From contig OZ038378.1 of the NCBI GenBank assembly GCA_964036045.1, positions 16,182,001-16,246,000 on the forward strand: a DNA stretch of 64,000 nucleotides, read 5' to 3'. The notes beneath the pieces are model-generated. The model ran no database searches, was not told the origin of the DNA, and saw nothing but the letters and a program-made list of their open reading frames with translations. This document shows, one piece after another, positions 13,189-27,000 of this stretch. How positions within the stretch are numbered: the first letter of the stretch is position 1; every line of letters begins with the position of its first letter. Origin of the DNA: Eutreptiella sp. 'Long Island Sound 2002'. Lineage: Eukaryota; Protista; Euglenida. The translations under genes and the position numbers were made by a program.

Positions 13189-16100
13189 TATCCGTAGCTG
13201 TTGCTGGTAGAGCATGCCGTGGTGTCCAACTGGGAGAGGGGGGGTTCCAAGCAGAAGCAGATGTGACCCAGACTCGGATGGCGGAGGACAGGGATGGTTG
13301 GGCAGGCCCTGCACGAATGACAAAAGCATCTGCTGAATTAGCGCAGATCGGGGGCAAGGCATCTCTGCAAAACGAATGGAGTGCGAAGACACCCCCTTTT
13401 CTTCAGCCCCGCCCTGCCCCTTTCAAGCGGCGGATATTTTTGGGCCCAAGTTGTACATCTTATGAGTGCCCCTTCTAGCAGGAGTTCGGTGGGGTTTCAA
13501 TTTGGATTGTCACGCTGTTCCTCGTGCTGCAGCCCCCCCCCCCCCCCCTTCCCCACTGGCAGCAGTGCAACTACTTCCAACGCCTTGGACGAGGATTCGG
13601 CAGTGGGATGCACGCTTTCAGGTGGGCTTCGGAAAGACCACGCAAGTCAGAAACAAGCCACGCCAGCCGCATTGTCGATGCGTGAGGGATGGGGAGCGGG
13701 CTCAGTTGGGGACAAAGAGGTGCTTGAACCACAACACTGAGATGGCCGGCCCCCCAGGCGCATGCATGGCAACGTCTGTAATTAATGCTGGCACTCCCGC
13801 GAGCGCAGTGGACAGCACCATTATAATTTGGGGGGGTGCCTTTGGCCCCCAGGCCCTTCATGTGTCGGTGCGACTGTGTGTTCCTCAACGCACAGGCCGC
13901 AGGGCATGCCTGCTGGGCGGTGTTGAAGGAAGACGGGTTTTCTTGTCTGCTTTGTTGAGCACCGCCTGATATTTTCAGTGGCAGAAGTGCGGGTGGGCGG
14001 TGACCGGCAGCAGTTGATGAGTGGGTGACGTCTGGCGATTCGCGGTTGCGGTGGGCCACCAATATCAACGGCTGGTGGCTGCTGTTCCGAAGCCCGGCAG
14101 CAACGCAGTGCCGCAGTTTCAGTCTTGTAGTTTTCATTGAGAACGGCCCTGAGGCGACGGCTGAGCTGCGCTGGTGGTGCGTCGGGATTCTCATCCCAGA
14201 ACGGTCTGCCTGGGCCTAGCCCCCCCCCCCCCCCGTGCCCATGACCGGCTGCATCCGCCGCTGTTTGGATTGTGGGCCAGCGACGCCATGCGAACATCCG
14301 GCAACCCGCAACCGCGCGCCGGGCGATGCGAAGCACCTGTGTTTTGGAGGAGGCGGGGGGGGGGATTGTCCGTATGTTGTCACGATGGGGGGAGTGCAAA
14401 GGACCCCACGTCCATTCGGCACAAGTTGGACGTCCGACGAAGGACTGTTGAGCGGACCTTTGGTAGTGCCACGCCGTCAGGCCCCGGCAGTGAGCGCTGG
14501 TTGACATCATCCGTACTGATGGCTGAGCACTGGCTCTGCTGGGGAATCCACAGAGCAGACACCCGCCGTGGGAGTCACTCCTTGACTTCATTGAAGACAC
14601 AGTTGCGGAGGAGGGCCTCCAGCGTGATCTGACGCCAGGGGAATAGCAGTGGTCAGGTGTTCAGGCCCCGTATGACGAGTCTGCAAGACATATTGTTTTG
14701 CGGGAGGGTGGCCATCTTCCCATACCCACAAGTAGTGCGTGCGGGGGGGTTGAATATGTTGAGGCGGGATGGCCCTCTACCCCATGCACTGGAGCCTGTC
14801 CGCTGGCCGTGATTTTGCCTTCCTCTTTCACCCAGAGCCCTTGCTTGACCTGGAGCCTGATCTGAATCGTGACCTCAATTGCCGACTGGACCGTAACCCC
14901 AAGCACCATTGCATTTGTGATTCCCACGCTGGATTGGCATTCTAAATCCGTTTGGGCATCCATCGCACATTCAATTTTTGACTCAGAGAAAGGGGGCTTC
15001 CTCAGCTGTTGGACACTAAGAGAAGGCTTTGGGAACCCCCCCTCCGATTTTTAAGTTCCTGAACATATACGGCGGCAATTTCCCTGTTTTACTGCATTGT
15101 TTGGGTTGTGTGCTCCATGCAACCTAGACCCTCTTGACCCCCCTGCTCCCGCCCCCGGCCCCCGCCGCCGTCTTTCAGTTGCATTGCAAGTGTGTGTATG
15201 TGTGAGGGGGGGTGTCCGGGAGCCGGGCATCGCTGTGATCAGTTGAGTGACCTAGTTGCTGGGGTCCTCCTGACAGGGCTAAGCAGACCCTAGTGGTGAG
15301 TGCCATACTTCGCTTGAGCGAACCGGCGGGGGGTAATCGCCGAGACCACCACTGGGGGCCTGCAGCGCGGGCGCCACACCACGGGCTGGGGTCTGAGCGA
15401 AGGTTAATGCCGTATGGATCCTTAATGTCTTGACCACCACAACCCGCCGCCATGGAGAAACAGAAATGGTGGGGTCAAGACAGCGGCTTGGCGGACCTTC
15501 ATGAGAAGAAGGAGAAGACCGACACTGCATCATGCGGTGAAGGATAAACGGGTGACTGTCCTGGGCCCCGTAAAGCAACCAGAGATGGACTTTATGTCAC
15601 ACAGGGGGCGTGGGAGGCTTGATCTCTCGGATTTCATCCCCCATACTGACCTTCAGCCCGTTGACCAGTCCATTCCCACTCGATTCTCTGCATGCCGCTG
15701 GCATTGTGCAGTGAAGCACTCGGTTGATTCTGTGGCAATGCAGGCCTGTCCCCTTGGGACAGGCCTGCGCCATCGCTCGTCAATGCCCACATTGCAGTGC
15801 AAAGACCAACAATATTGTAGCGCTGCCCCCACCGCACACGTTTTTGTTGGACAGTGACACGTCGACCAACACAACGGATGCCTTTCGGGAATGCGGGTGC
15901 ATTGTGGCTTTCTTTCATTCCTGAGGATGGTGCCTGCGAAAGAGGCACTAGGGGGGGGGGCAAGGACTGAGGGGCATTGGGCGGCGGTGATTGTCTTTGG
16001 GGCTTGGGGGGACCGATAGTGGTCGACGTCCGATGCCGCGCGCTCGCAACCCCCGAGTCCTGTTGTGCAAATCCATCTGGTGATGCGTTTCGGGAATCCC

Positions 16101-17439
16101 ACGTCTGAGTCATGCGGTTTGCGCGTGGTCTGGCAAGCCGACACCAACGCCTACGCCTTCGCTGGATCCGGCAAAAAGACTCATTAAAGCCGCAAAACAG
16201 AGGGAGAGGAAGATGCGTTGGAGACGACATATTCCTCTTTATGGCGCTGCCATGTGTGCACTGTGGTGCAGCTCCATGCAGGACACATGTGTGCAGCCAC
16301 AGCATGCAGCCCCCACACGCGCCCCTCCCCTTTGCGTACCACGGTCAAGTCCAGATACCCTCGCCGGCAAACAAATTGGGTTGCCAAAGCGGAAACTGAT
16401 TTGTGCACCCCACATGAGACCTGAGTCTGAGCTGAGAATGTAAATGTCAAGGCAAACGAGGAGAGAGGGCGATGGCGTCTGTTCCTGTGCTCTGAGCAGT
16501 GGGATTTACGTGCGCTACTCGACAGTTTTCTGCTGTTTGCTGCAAAACTGGACCAGACCATTGTTTTGATGCTGCAGAGCATTGCATTGATCACCCCATT
16601 TCTCACCAAAAACAAGTAAGTCCCCTTCCCGGGGGGGGGGGCGACTCCGCGGGTCCTAGGACGCCAACTACCCCTGCCCCCCCCCCCCCCCCCTAGGGGC
16701 CTTCGGCCAACAGTTAGTTGCCAAAGGTGTCGCCCCCAGGCGTCCATGGGCGCCTAAGGCGCCCGATGCTCCATGAACACCAAAGGTGCCCTAAGGAAAA
16801 TTTTGTCCAATTTGCACCCCAACACTATCCTTAAACCCAACCTTGACTCTAACTCCCACCCCCAACCCTCAGCCTACTCCTATCCCTCGGCACCCCTATC
16901 GCGGCCACATCCAATAGCACTGCATCAGTGGCCCCCTTTGCGCCTTCCATCAAGGAAAAGCAACAAAATGCCTTCTCCGTTGAGGAATCGGGATGAAGCC
17001 TACCTTTGTCTTGCTTTGAACAATTGGGGTTAATTATGCCTATGCCTTCAGTTGAAGAAATGCCACGAAATATGCTATCTTGCTTGTGAACGACAACAAC
17101 GACAACAACAAACACAACGATAAAAGGTGCCTTCAGTTGCGGAAAAAAAAAGAAGAAAACGTTCCTGCGGGAGTGAGGTGTGAACAACAGGAAACATGAC
17201 GTGCCCTTCTGGGTGAAGAATTGAGAAGAGAAGAGATGATCCGTCTTTGATTGATATTTAGATTCATTATGTCCACATGCCAAGGACAACACAACGGGTA
17301 GGAAGTTTGGGGACCAATTGTGCCACTTTGTACAAAAAAGTACCCCTCACCCCTAAAGCACAACGTTGAGGCAAGCCTTGGGTTGATCTGCCAACGCCAG
17401 CCACTTGCAAAACACATGCAAAGCCCATTCTTCTAAGGG

Positions 17440-17735
17440 GACCCCGGGGGGGGCAACCCCTCGGTTCTGGACGCCAACTACCCCCCCAACTAACTGTTGG
17501 CCGGAGGCCCCTTGGGGGGGGGGCATTGGAGGGGGGGTTCAGGGAGGGGCGATTGGGGGGGGGTCTAGGAGGGGCGGGGGGGGGGGGGGGGGGGCTCCGG
17601 GAGGGTCGGTTGGGGGGGGGGGGGGGGTCAGGTGGGGCAATTTGGGGTGTTCGGGGGGGGGGGGGCACAGGCTCCGCTTACCTCCCCTTGCCCTCCCTCT
17701 AACCATACCATCACCATAAACCTAAGCCTAACCTT
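17440..17735 (+). repeat. Second copy of the 10431-10815 repeat family
   Basis: Same head and tail motifs. Confidence 0.75.
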
Positions 17736-17869
17736 TGCAGCAACCTGGTTTGGCCATGCCAGCCATGTTGATTGGGCTGAACAAGATCCCCCCAATTTCG
17801 TTCATGGCTGCTTTTGCCACATCATTGCTCTCCATTTTGGACCCCAACACTCACTTTGACCCTAGCCTA

Positions 17870-17918
17870 GGGTAAGAGCCAGGGCTAGGGTTAGGGCGAG
17901 GGTTAGGGTTAGGGTTAG
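17870..17918 (+). repeat. Interstitial telomere-like (TTAGGG)n tract, partly degenerate
   Basis: cagggctagggttagggcgagggttagggttagggttagg. Confidence 0.8.
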
Positions 17919-17944
17919 GTGTCGATTCTCGTGAGTGCACACAA

Positions 17945-18004
17945 ATGAAAAGGAGTGGTGCCCCAGTATCCTGGTGTACCGCTGTGGATCGTCAACTGCC
18001 CGAG
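17945..18004 (+). CDS. GT34 gene, tentative first exon (MKRSGAPVSWCTAVDRQLPE)
   Basis: ATG at 17945, donor gag|gtaaga in phase 0, and a 93-nt intron ending ttctcttctgcag that joins in frame to 18098. Confidence 0.45.
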
Positions 18005-21000
18005 GTAAGATCTGGAGGAGGCTTTTAAATCCATCAGATTTCCTGTGGGTTTGTAGCCCTCATTGCCCGTTGTATCGCCTGCGATTCTCTTCTGCAGGGC
18101 CGCTTGCATACCCTTGTGCAGCAGCATGTGAAATGCTTCCCAACGGTCATACACGCGGTTCATGGGTTGATGAGGCTCTTTGTTTGTGGTCTCCGGCTGC
18201 TCCTCGTCACTCTCGTCCTCTCCATTTCCGGATGTGCTCTCCTGTTTTACACGAAGTCCGTGCTCTGCCGTCAGCCGGTCCCCGATGAGTCGCCCCGATC
18301 ACAAGGCGCACAGCCCTGTCCCGCTGCCATACGTGAGGATGCCGTGCATGTCGCCATCAGCAGCAATGTGGACGGGGTGAGATCTGTTGAAAAGGTTTGC
18401 AGTGCCTCGAGAACGGAGACCTCTGCCTCCCTACCAATGCCCGTTCGTACCCTCCTATCCTCCTCCGCTTCAGTGTGCAGTCAATTTGCTGCCTGGGCTC
18501 ATGACCCCAAGCCCTGCAGCACAATCCTGACCCGCTACCGCAGCATGGCCACTGTCATTGCTGCAACATGCAGGCCCTATGGTGGGCCGTGCTCACCTGC
18601 GCGATGAGCACTCAGTTTTACCACCTTGATCCCTGTGGACAACGTGATGGGCTTTCCGAGCATTGCTTGTGTCAGTACACAAAAGTATTGACAAGCTGTG
18701 ACCACATGTTTTCACGTTCCAACAGGCGTCCGCCACTGCGCCACTGGGCATTCCTGACCCCTGTTGGCCATGGTTCTCCAAGCCACCCGGGACCCAGAAC
18801 CCGAAATCAGCTTCTGCGAATGACCACATGCCCCCGCCCCCCTGTGCACGTGGCCTCATCCAGTGCCGCCGTAGGCTGGCCATGGGCTATTGCAGAGTGC
18901 CGTCCATTTGAAACTTTTTGCTGTTCCGCGGTTTGACAGAGTGGGTTACAGGTGCTTTGGTGATTACGGGACAAGAACAAGCTGGGGCAGTGGGCTGGGT
19001 GTGCAGCGGGAGCATAGGAAGATGTGGGTTGCATGTCTCTAGAGGCATGTATGTGTGTGTGAACGCGGTTGATGTGCATCTTCTTGCTCCGGCCTTGGTC
19101 CGTGTTGGTGTCAGGGGCTGCAGAGTTTGCAAAATGAGGGCTGGCAGTATAACCCTTCTGCCGCTGCAGTTGTGGCTGTGGCTGCACTGGCCGGCGCAGC
19201 CGCATCTCAGACGCAGCCCAAAGGCCCTGAAAGAAGCCTGCCGGCCACAAAGAGGAGTATGCCGTTGGGAAGCAGACGGGGACCTCCATTGCCACATGTT
19301 GTGTAGTGGGCGTGAGGACGAAAGGTCAGCAAGTTCAAGCAGCGCTGCTTATCCACCTGCAGCATGTGTCTGCTGGGCTGGAGGGAGGGTGTTTGTGGCT
19401 CGTCATACCCAAGAGGTCATGGTTGGGGCAGATGCTGCATTTGGCTGGACGTAGATGCGGGTGGAGAGAGGTCAGGTGCACAAGAGAGTAGTGCCCATTT
19501 CCCCAGCCGCCGGACGGCCAGTCTCCGGCGGCCATGATGGCAGCTGCAGCCGCAGTCACAGCCATGATTGGACATTGAGATGCAGGGCGTGGCAGGGGAA
19601 TGGGAACAGGTGGGGTGTGCATTTGCAGGAGTAGCACCGCCTGCAAGGGGTTGTGGAGGGTTAGTGGCGGTATTGCACGCTGCGTTATCATAGGTAAGAG
19701 CACCCGCAGCCACATTGCCAGCCAATGCTGGTCCGCTGGTTGACAAACAATTCGAGCTCTCGAGCTCGATGCTGCGCAAGTACATGACCACGTACCAACA
19801 GTCGTATTTTGAAGAGCAACGACTGCAGCTGCTCCACCGCCGAGCCATCAACTCCACCGCCCCGTTTTTTCCGCCTCGGCGCAACCCCGCCAATGTGGCC
19901 ATCCTGACGCCGCATGAGGGCACAGCAAACTGGGCCACCCGGATGGGGCACTACACCAAGGAGCAGTATGCGCGCCTGCATTCCTACCCGTTCCTGTTGG
20001 ACCAGAACTCCTACGCTGCGAATCACACCCGGCATGCGACATGGAACCGGTATGTTTGCCCGCACACCCTTGTACGCCAGTCTCTGGTTTGCCCTGCCGC
20101 CCGACTGTTGTGCCTAACAAGTCATTTGTCAGATTGTCCACGATGTGGGTAGCCGTCCCCACTCAAACTGGATTTCGTTGTCAGCCCCATAGTGAACGGT
20201 GACAAGCTAAGCCGGAATGTCGTCCGACCCCCTCCCCGGTGCTGATATTGTATACCATGCAACCCGCTGATTCATCTCAGCCTCCAGTCTTCACACCGCC
20301 GTCTTTTTCAGCCTGCAGTCATTGTGCCTCTTGCACACTGGGAAGCCTACGGGCGTGGCAGTTTCCCACTGCATAGCCTGGTTTCAGACTTAGCAAATCC
20401 TCACTGAGTGTCAGATCCGCTACCACAGACATTGTGGGGTCATCATAGCACTGGACAGCTCTGAACGTTGATTCCGAGAGGTCATCTCGAGTACGATGAA
20501 AAAAATGTGCGGTAGCGAACGACTCGTTTTCCCTGTCATGTGTTTCTGTGTGCCTGCGGAAGGTGAGGGGGGGTTTGTGTTGCAGTAGGCAGTGCTGTAG
20601 AATATGTACCGCGTATTACAAAGTGACTCACACATATCCCCTCCCCACTGTTTGTGCTTGGCCCATGGTGTAGCAACATTTGCTGAAACCCACATCAAAA
20701 CAAATTGAACAAAGAACAAAGCGGCAGACCTGTTTTGCCACACTCATTCTGCAGCACAGTTAAGGGAAAGTGTGCAAGGCATGGGGCAGAGTGATCATAA
20801 CAGAGCCCAAATGGCATGTTTAGGTCTCACACGCAAACCATAACAATGGAAACCTACAGAGAAAATGAGAAAATGCACATACAAGGCAACTCAAGCGTTT
20901 AGTGCCCCATGTTGAGACAAGGCTGAACTCAGGCACGACATGTGCTGTTGCAAGGTGTTTTGCGTTTGTTGCCACCCCATGCCTCGCTCAAGTTCCTAAC

Positions 21001-24000
21001 ATTCCGGCACCAGATCCAAGTGCAAACCAAGGAATGGTCAAGCCCCCCCCCCCCCCCTGTGCCAGTTTGAAAGCGTTCTCATCAATGGTTTGACGGCAGT
21101 CAACCACATCTTGAAACACAGTGGTGGTAACCCCCTTTCTTTGGACAACATGAAGCAAATTGCTGCAGCTATGGCCCACGATGAAGCTGAAGCCATTTTC
21201 GGTTGTGGTCTGTAGCTCATTCAAAAGTTGCGGCAAAAAGATATTCAGCCTGTTGATGTGTTACCGAAAGTGTTGAGTGATTAGGATAGTCTGCGGGTAC
21301 ACAAATGGGATGAAAACAATCCAATTGAGACGAATATTCTCATTGCTACCAACGGCAAGCCATTCTCAAAGATAGACAGGAGTGTTGGTCTGAATTTCAT
21401 AGCAGTACCCGTTTTCTCATGCACAGCATATCCGGGTTCCTCACTCACAAAGTCAAGCAAGGGACAATCTATATCGTTGACAGTTTAAATGTGAATGATA
21501 AAACAGGACGTCCCCATGACGACCCACAACCCTCCTGTGATGTAGTCGCTATGCCTCAAGCCACTGCTTTAGGCACGCCTCAACAAGAATTTAAACACAG
21601 CAGACTTATTCCAAGGAGTGAGTCAATGGAGGTACGGTATCTCAGACTTTTCCAAGCTGCGACCTATACTCATGAGATGTGTTTTGCCAGCACACGCAAA
21701 ACCTTTCGCCCCCACCAGTAAAACACCATACCCGCCCTTGCACAGGGACGGTTTGGTGTACCCGCCAATTTCCAGCAACACCCTGTCTTCAATTTTAGCA
21801 ATCGAGAGAGGCTGGAGGCCCAGGTCGCTGACCCTGCCCCGTCGCAACAAAGTGTGGATATGCTGGGGATCTTGATCGATAACCTCACTCTAGAGGCTTC
21901 GGCTCAGTCACAAAATTCTGACATTTCTCCAGCTAAGCCCAGGGACCTTACGGCAGTATTTGCAAACATTAGTGCACACTTGATCAGCAGTGTTCGTACA
22001 CCCTCACGCTCACAACAACGATCCTAAAGCCAAGAAAGCACAGATATGTTGATCACTCCAGCCAAGCCCAACTCAGTGAATGGTCAAGCATCCTCCTCCT
22101 CATTCCAAAGACGAAGGATAGATACAGCGTAGTCGCAATCGACTGATGACAGCCCTTTGCCTAAACGTCCACGCAGAAACGCAGCACGCACACACCTCTA
22201 TCAAAAGTGCAGAAGAAGCTTCCCATGAGAAAGAAAGATGTAGCAAGGCGCGCATGCGCACGCAACAGAGGAAAAAGCCTGCTCCTTACACCAGTGCCAG
22301 TAGCTATCGTGTGTATCACGCTGCAGGGACCCCCCGTGCTTCACAAGAAAAGGTTTCCCAGGACTTACTCTACCTACCCACACCCGGTTCTCAATGATGA
22401 TTTTGCCATCTGTTCCGAATGCTTGAGCTTCTTCATGCTTGAGTTTTTTATTTTGCCTCTTTTCTCTCTGTCTCTCGTCCCCTGTTCCTAGACACACACA
22501 TTGTATTTGCACTGTATTACGTCTACTGTATCATATAGTCTAATTGATAGCCTGACTGTAAGTGACTGTCTGACTACATTTAGTGGGACATGATATTCTG
22601 TCTTTCTGTTTCAGACACAGGTGTGTCAAGAGGTTTAACCACGTCAAGCATAGAGAATAAAGATGCACTTATGCCTGACTGTGGAGTGCATTACCTCAAG
22701 TTTGCAATTTTTGCAGCACTGTTTGTCTGCTTTTCTATCAATCTCATTCAATCCAATTAGGTCTCACACCCCCCCTTGTGCCAATCCACACTTGATTCTG
22801 GTCCGACAATTGAAAGTGCCGGTGATTCAAGGCACAATGCAAGGGCGAGAGCAGGGATGCACTTGAGTGGCTATTGGTGGTTAGGAAAGCAGCCACGGGC
22901 CAAGGTGTGGCGGTCATAAACGGTCAGTGGGCCATTGGGGCTGGGCAAAAACAGTTGGGGCCGAATGGATTGTCACGCCGAAGCAGGGCAGAATGAATTG
23001 TAATGCCGAAGCAGGGCAGAATGAGTTGTCATGCCAAAGTAGGGCGTGCCCCTCTCCCTTCAAGCGCAGGCCTCATGGGGTGCCCTTAGCACAGTGCGCG
23101 TGCAGTGCAAGGAATCCCCCTAGGGCAGGGCAGAAGTGCGTGCATAGCAGGATTTTCTCGTGTCCCGTTACATGTGGTACAGCAAATTGGCACACCCGCC
23201 TTTTGGTGGGCCCGAAGAACCAAATGAAACCTTCATGTGCAAAGCAGCATGCAGTTGAAAAGTGCCATTTTGTTCCGGAAACCCTTGAGATATCGTCAAT
23301 TTACCATTAAGTGCGAGGCGGTTACTCTTTGAGGGAGCATTTAACACTTGCGGAGAATAGGCGGTCTGGCCCAACCAATCACCCATAGTTGCTGCTTCGT
23401 AGACCTCTCGTCGAGGGTTTATGCAACCATTTCGAATTCTTCCTCCCCGTGTTGGGGACACCGCTTGGAGGCATGTGTTTGAGCGCACTACTTCTTATCT
23501 CTATTATTGCAGTGATTGTTTCAGCACCCACACATGTGGGGATGAATTGCTGTCATAGGCAGAGTAGGTTGCTAGCAAAATTATTGTTCCATTTCTTTTG
23601 GCACCCACACACGTGGACGGATTGGGGATGGACAGATTAATTTATTGAGTTGCCCTTTTGCTTGTGCCATCTTTGTGAAGGAGGGATGTTTACACAGGTC
23701 TTGTACCCAAGGATTTGCTCTCCTTAGGGGGCATCTTGAGAGGGGGTAAAAGCCAACCCATTCCGGGTAAACCCGCCGTAAAAAAAAGCATGCGGTGCAC
23801 ACACGGCGCGGATTGTCTCTCTCCAACGGTTAGGCGTCAACCACTAGTCAACCTCCAGCCTCAAGTCAGAGAGTTGCCAGGCCAAATCGAGTCCCTTAAG
23901 GCAGAGCCTTGGTGCATGGCCAAATTCTGCAAAGTGACATCTCAACACACAAAACATTTCAGTACAATACATTTATGAAGGAATGACTTTCAACGAAGGC

Positions 24001-27000
24001 AACGCCATTTTGTAGGGGCATGCTGGGGACGCGTTGGAAAACAACTCATGGGCCCTAGGTGCTGGGTGGGGGCCACACACGCGGGCCACACACCGCAACA
24101 TTCCATCAAAGATGGGGTTTAAGATGCATAATACACCGCCCGATGCATAGCTTTATTGTGCATAATATTATTATGTGTAGCACTCACGTGCACTCCAATC
24201 CTCCACGCATAATCAAGACTCGAACTAGGACCGAGCTGGGTCCTAGTCTTGAGTAACTCATTGGAAATCACCTTGAAGAAAGACCGCTTGCCTTAGAGAT
24301 GTGCCTCCACGGTCAGGACGATCGTTGTGAAACACGGCTCAAAAACGGCTCATTTTCACTTGAAAATGGACCACTATGTGGCACCACGGCATGGTACATG
24401 CCATATTGAACACCCATTTGCCATCATTTGATAGCCCAATTGCCATAGAAGAACAACGGCCCTCATTGCAAACGCCCGCTTGACACACCGGCGATCGTCC
24501 TGAACTTTCAGGACGATTGTCCTGGAAACAGCCCAAAAACGGCCATTTCTGGACACGAAATATGCCGTAGCGTGGGCTAGACGGCTCGAAATGCAACGAC
24601 ACTTGGTTATGATGATGCGCGTTTGCTCCCCGGTCGTTTTGAGCTACTTGGATGCCGGTTTTGAGCCCTGGTGTGGTCGCAAGGACTTTTGGACCGCCTG
24701 CTGCTTGCTGCTGCTGCTGCTGCTGCTGCTTGCTGCTGCTGTTGCTGCTAAAACGTGTTGCTGAGCCTTGGACCCTAAAAGGTGGTGTAAAACCTCGACA
24801 GGGTAAACCCAGCTGGGTAATAATGTTACGCATAATAAGATCCCTCGTGTGTAATGATATTAATTCAGTTAATTTAGGACGTCAAGACGTAATATCATTG
24901 CACCCTGGCATGCAAGGCCGCGCTTGTTCAACACTTGAGAGACAGGGGTGCGCGCCCACCAAATTCTTGTCGGCGCTGGCGGGGAAAGTTCGTTTGGCGG
25001 TGGCGGGGAAATTTCCCATAATTCCTAAAGGCGATAGTGGGCTTGTCTATATGGTGCTGGCAACCCCGTCATATTGGTGGAATTCTGGGGATTTATGGGG
25101 AAATGATGGGGAATTTTGGACGTCCTTTCTTGTGTTGCTGGTTGTTGTTTGTTCTTGTTGTGTGGCCCCTTGATTCGAAAGATATTTCAGATTTTCATCC
25201 TCACAACAATGTTCTTTTTTGTGCGACTCTCCTACCTATACAACACACCCAGAGAATACATTTCCTAGGGGCAGGTGGTGAAGCAAATGGAGAAGTTGAA
25301 CATCAAGGCAGTTAGTCCGCAAACATTGGGCTTAGTGGTGCTAGGGGGGCGTTGTGGTGGTGCATGGATGTCGTGTGCCGCTGCATTAAATGTTGTGCCA
25401 CCCGGACATTGTGCCACTAGGAATCATCAGCAAGCCACCAAGAATCAACAGCAACCCACTAGGAATCAACCGCAAGCCACCAAGAGTCAGCAACAACCCA
25501 CTTGGAAAAAATGACTTTTTTCAAATGATTGTGAAAATGTAGGATTCCAAAACAAGTGGTTTAGCCTGTTTTGAGCCTATGGTGACCCATTTTGGCACTC
25601 CAAAATTGCCAAAATGCCTTGACAATGGGCTGTTTTGAGACCAAAAATGAGTCCAAAATGGGTCAACACCGCATTTTCCCAAAAATGATCCTAGACCATT
25701 TAGGATGCCAAAACTTGTTGTTGAGTCTAGTTTGAGGCTATTTGGGCTCGCTATGGCCTGCCAAAGGTGCCAAATGCCTTGGAAGTAGGCCATTTCGCAG
25801 CCAAAATTGGGTCGAAAATGCACCTTCCCAAAATTGATTCTCGACCGCTTGGGATGCTCAAGCATGTGAATTGAGCACATTTTGAGCCGGTTTTGACCCA
25901 TTTTGGCCAGCAAACACAAGCACCAGCTTTTCAACCGTTCTCTCTTGCCCTTCTGGCCCAAGGCATTGAGGAAGGTATATAAAGGCTCAAAGAGGATGCC
26001 GGTTGGTATTTCTGGGTGTACGTATGGGTTCACCTTTTGAGGAGGGAATCCCCTTGTGGATGGGTGCATTGGTTGCCCACGTGTTGGGTTGTGGGTGAAA
26101 ACGGGGCAGAGGAGGGGGGGTTCAGGGGGGATGGTGGGCAGCAGCAATCATGAAGAGATTGGGGCCAGAGTGCTGGTGATGGCTGGCAAGGAAGCCGGTA
26201 CAGTAAACGCGGCACAGGAGTGTCAGGCAGAAGCGGCAAGTGTGATTTGACAACGAAGGAGAGGCACTGCCAAAGGATCAGCAGGCCGATACCAGCCCAG
26301 ACACTGCAACTGCCTGCCCTGAATTGTTTGGTCTGGCCCCCCAAAAGATGCCCTTCTGCTGTAGCCCCCCCCCCCCCCCGCCCCCGTGGGTACTGTCACG
26401 CCGCAACCGTTGCCTGGGGTTTGATGGGGAATAGGCCCATGCTGTGTGGGGAAGAGCAAATGAGTGGCCTTGAACCGACGTTGGCGGCAAGTAATTGACG
26501 GCAGCTCGTGGGTAAATAACGGCCGTTGGCGCCCTGGTGGTCCACAAAAATGCCTTTTCGCCGCCACCGGAGCGTCCGATCCCTCTCCATCAGAGTGCCC
26601 TCCATCCGAATGTATCTGCCGAAGTACGAATGGATCTTCTATTTGGATTCAGACATCGCCATCGCCAACGTGTCCATACTTTTGGAGGACTTCATACATC
26701 GTTTCCCCAACGACACATACATTGCTTTCACCGATGGTCACTACGGTTTCAACGCGGGCGGTTTCTTCATCCGGAACGTGCCATGGTCGTATTGGCTGCT
26801 TGACCAATGGTGGGCGGCTGGAGACACCCGTGGCAGTCATAGCACGTGCGACTCTCTGCTGCCCAAGTTTGCGTTCCAGTACACTCGCTGCATGTTCCGC
26901 TGGAACGATCAGGTTTGGGCACCTCTTTCTGCTCGACCTGCACAGAACAAGGCGGACAACAGAGAGTGTCGCCAACCGCCATCTTTGATTGTCTCGGTAG

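Noticed and set aside
19311-19323. cgtgaggacgaaa, matching the 3' half of a hammerhead ribozyme core
   Set aside because: The required CUGANGA and stem II 5' strand are absent upstream. A scan of other ctga(n)ga sites also gave no complete core.
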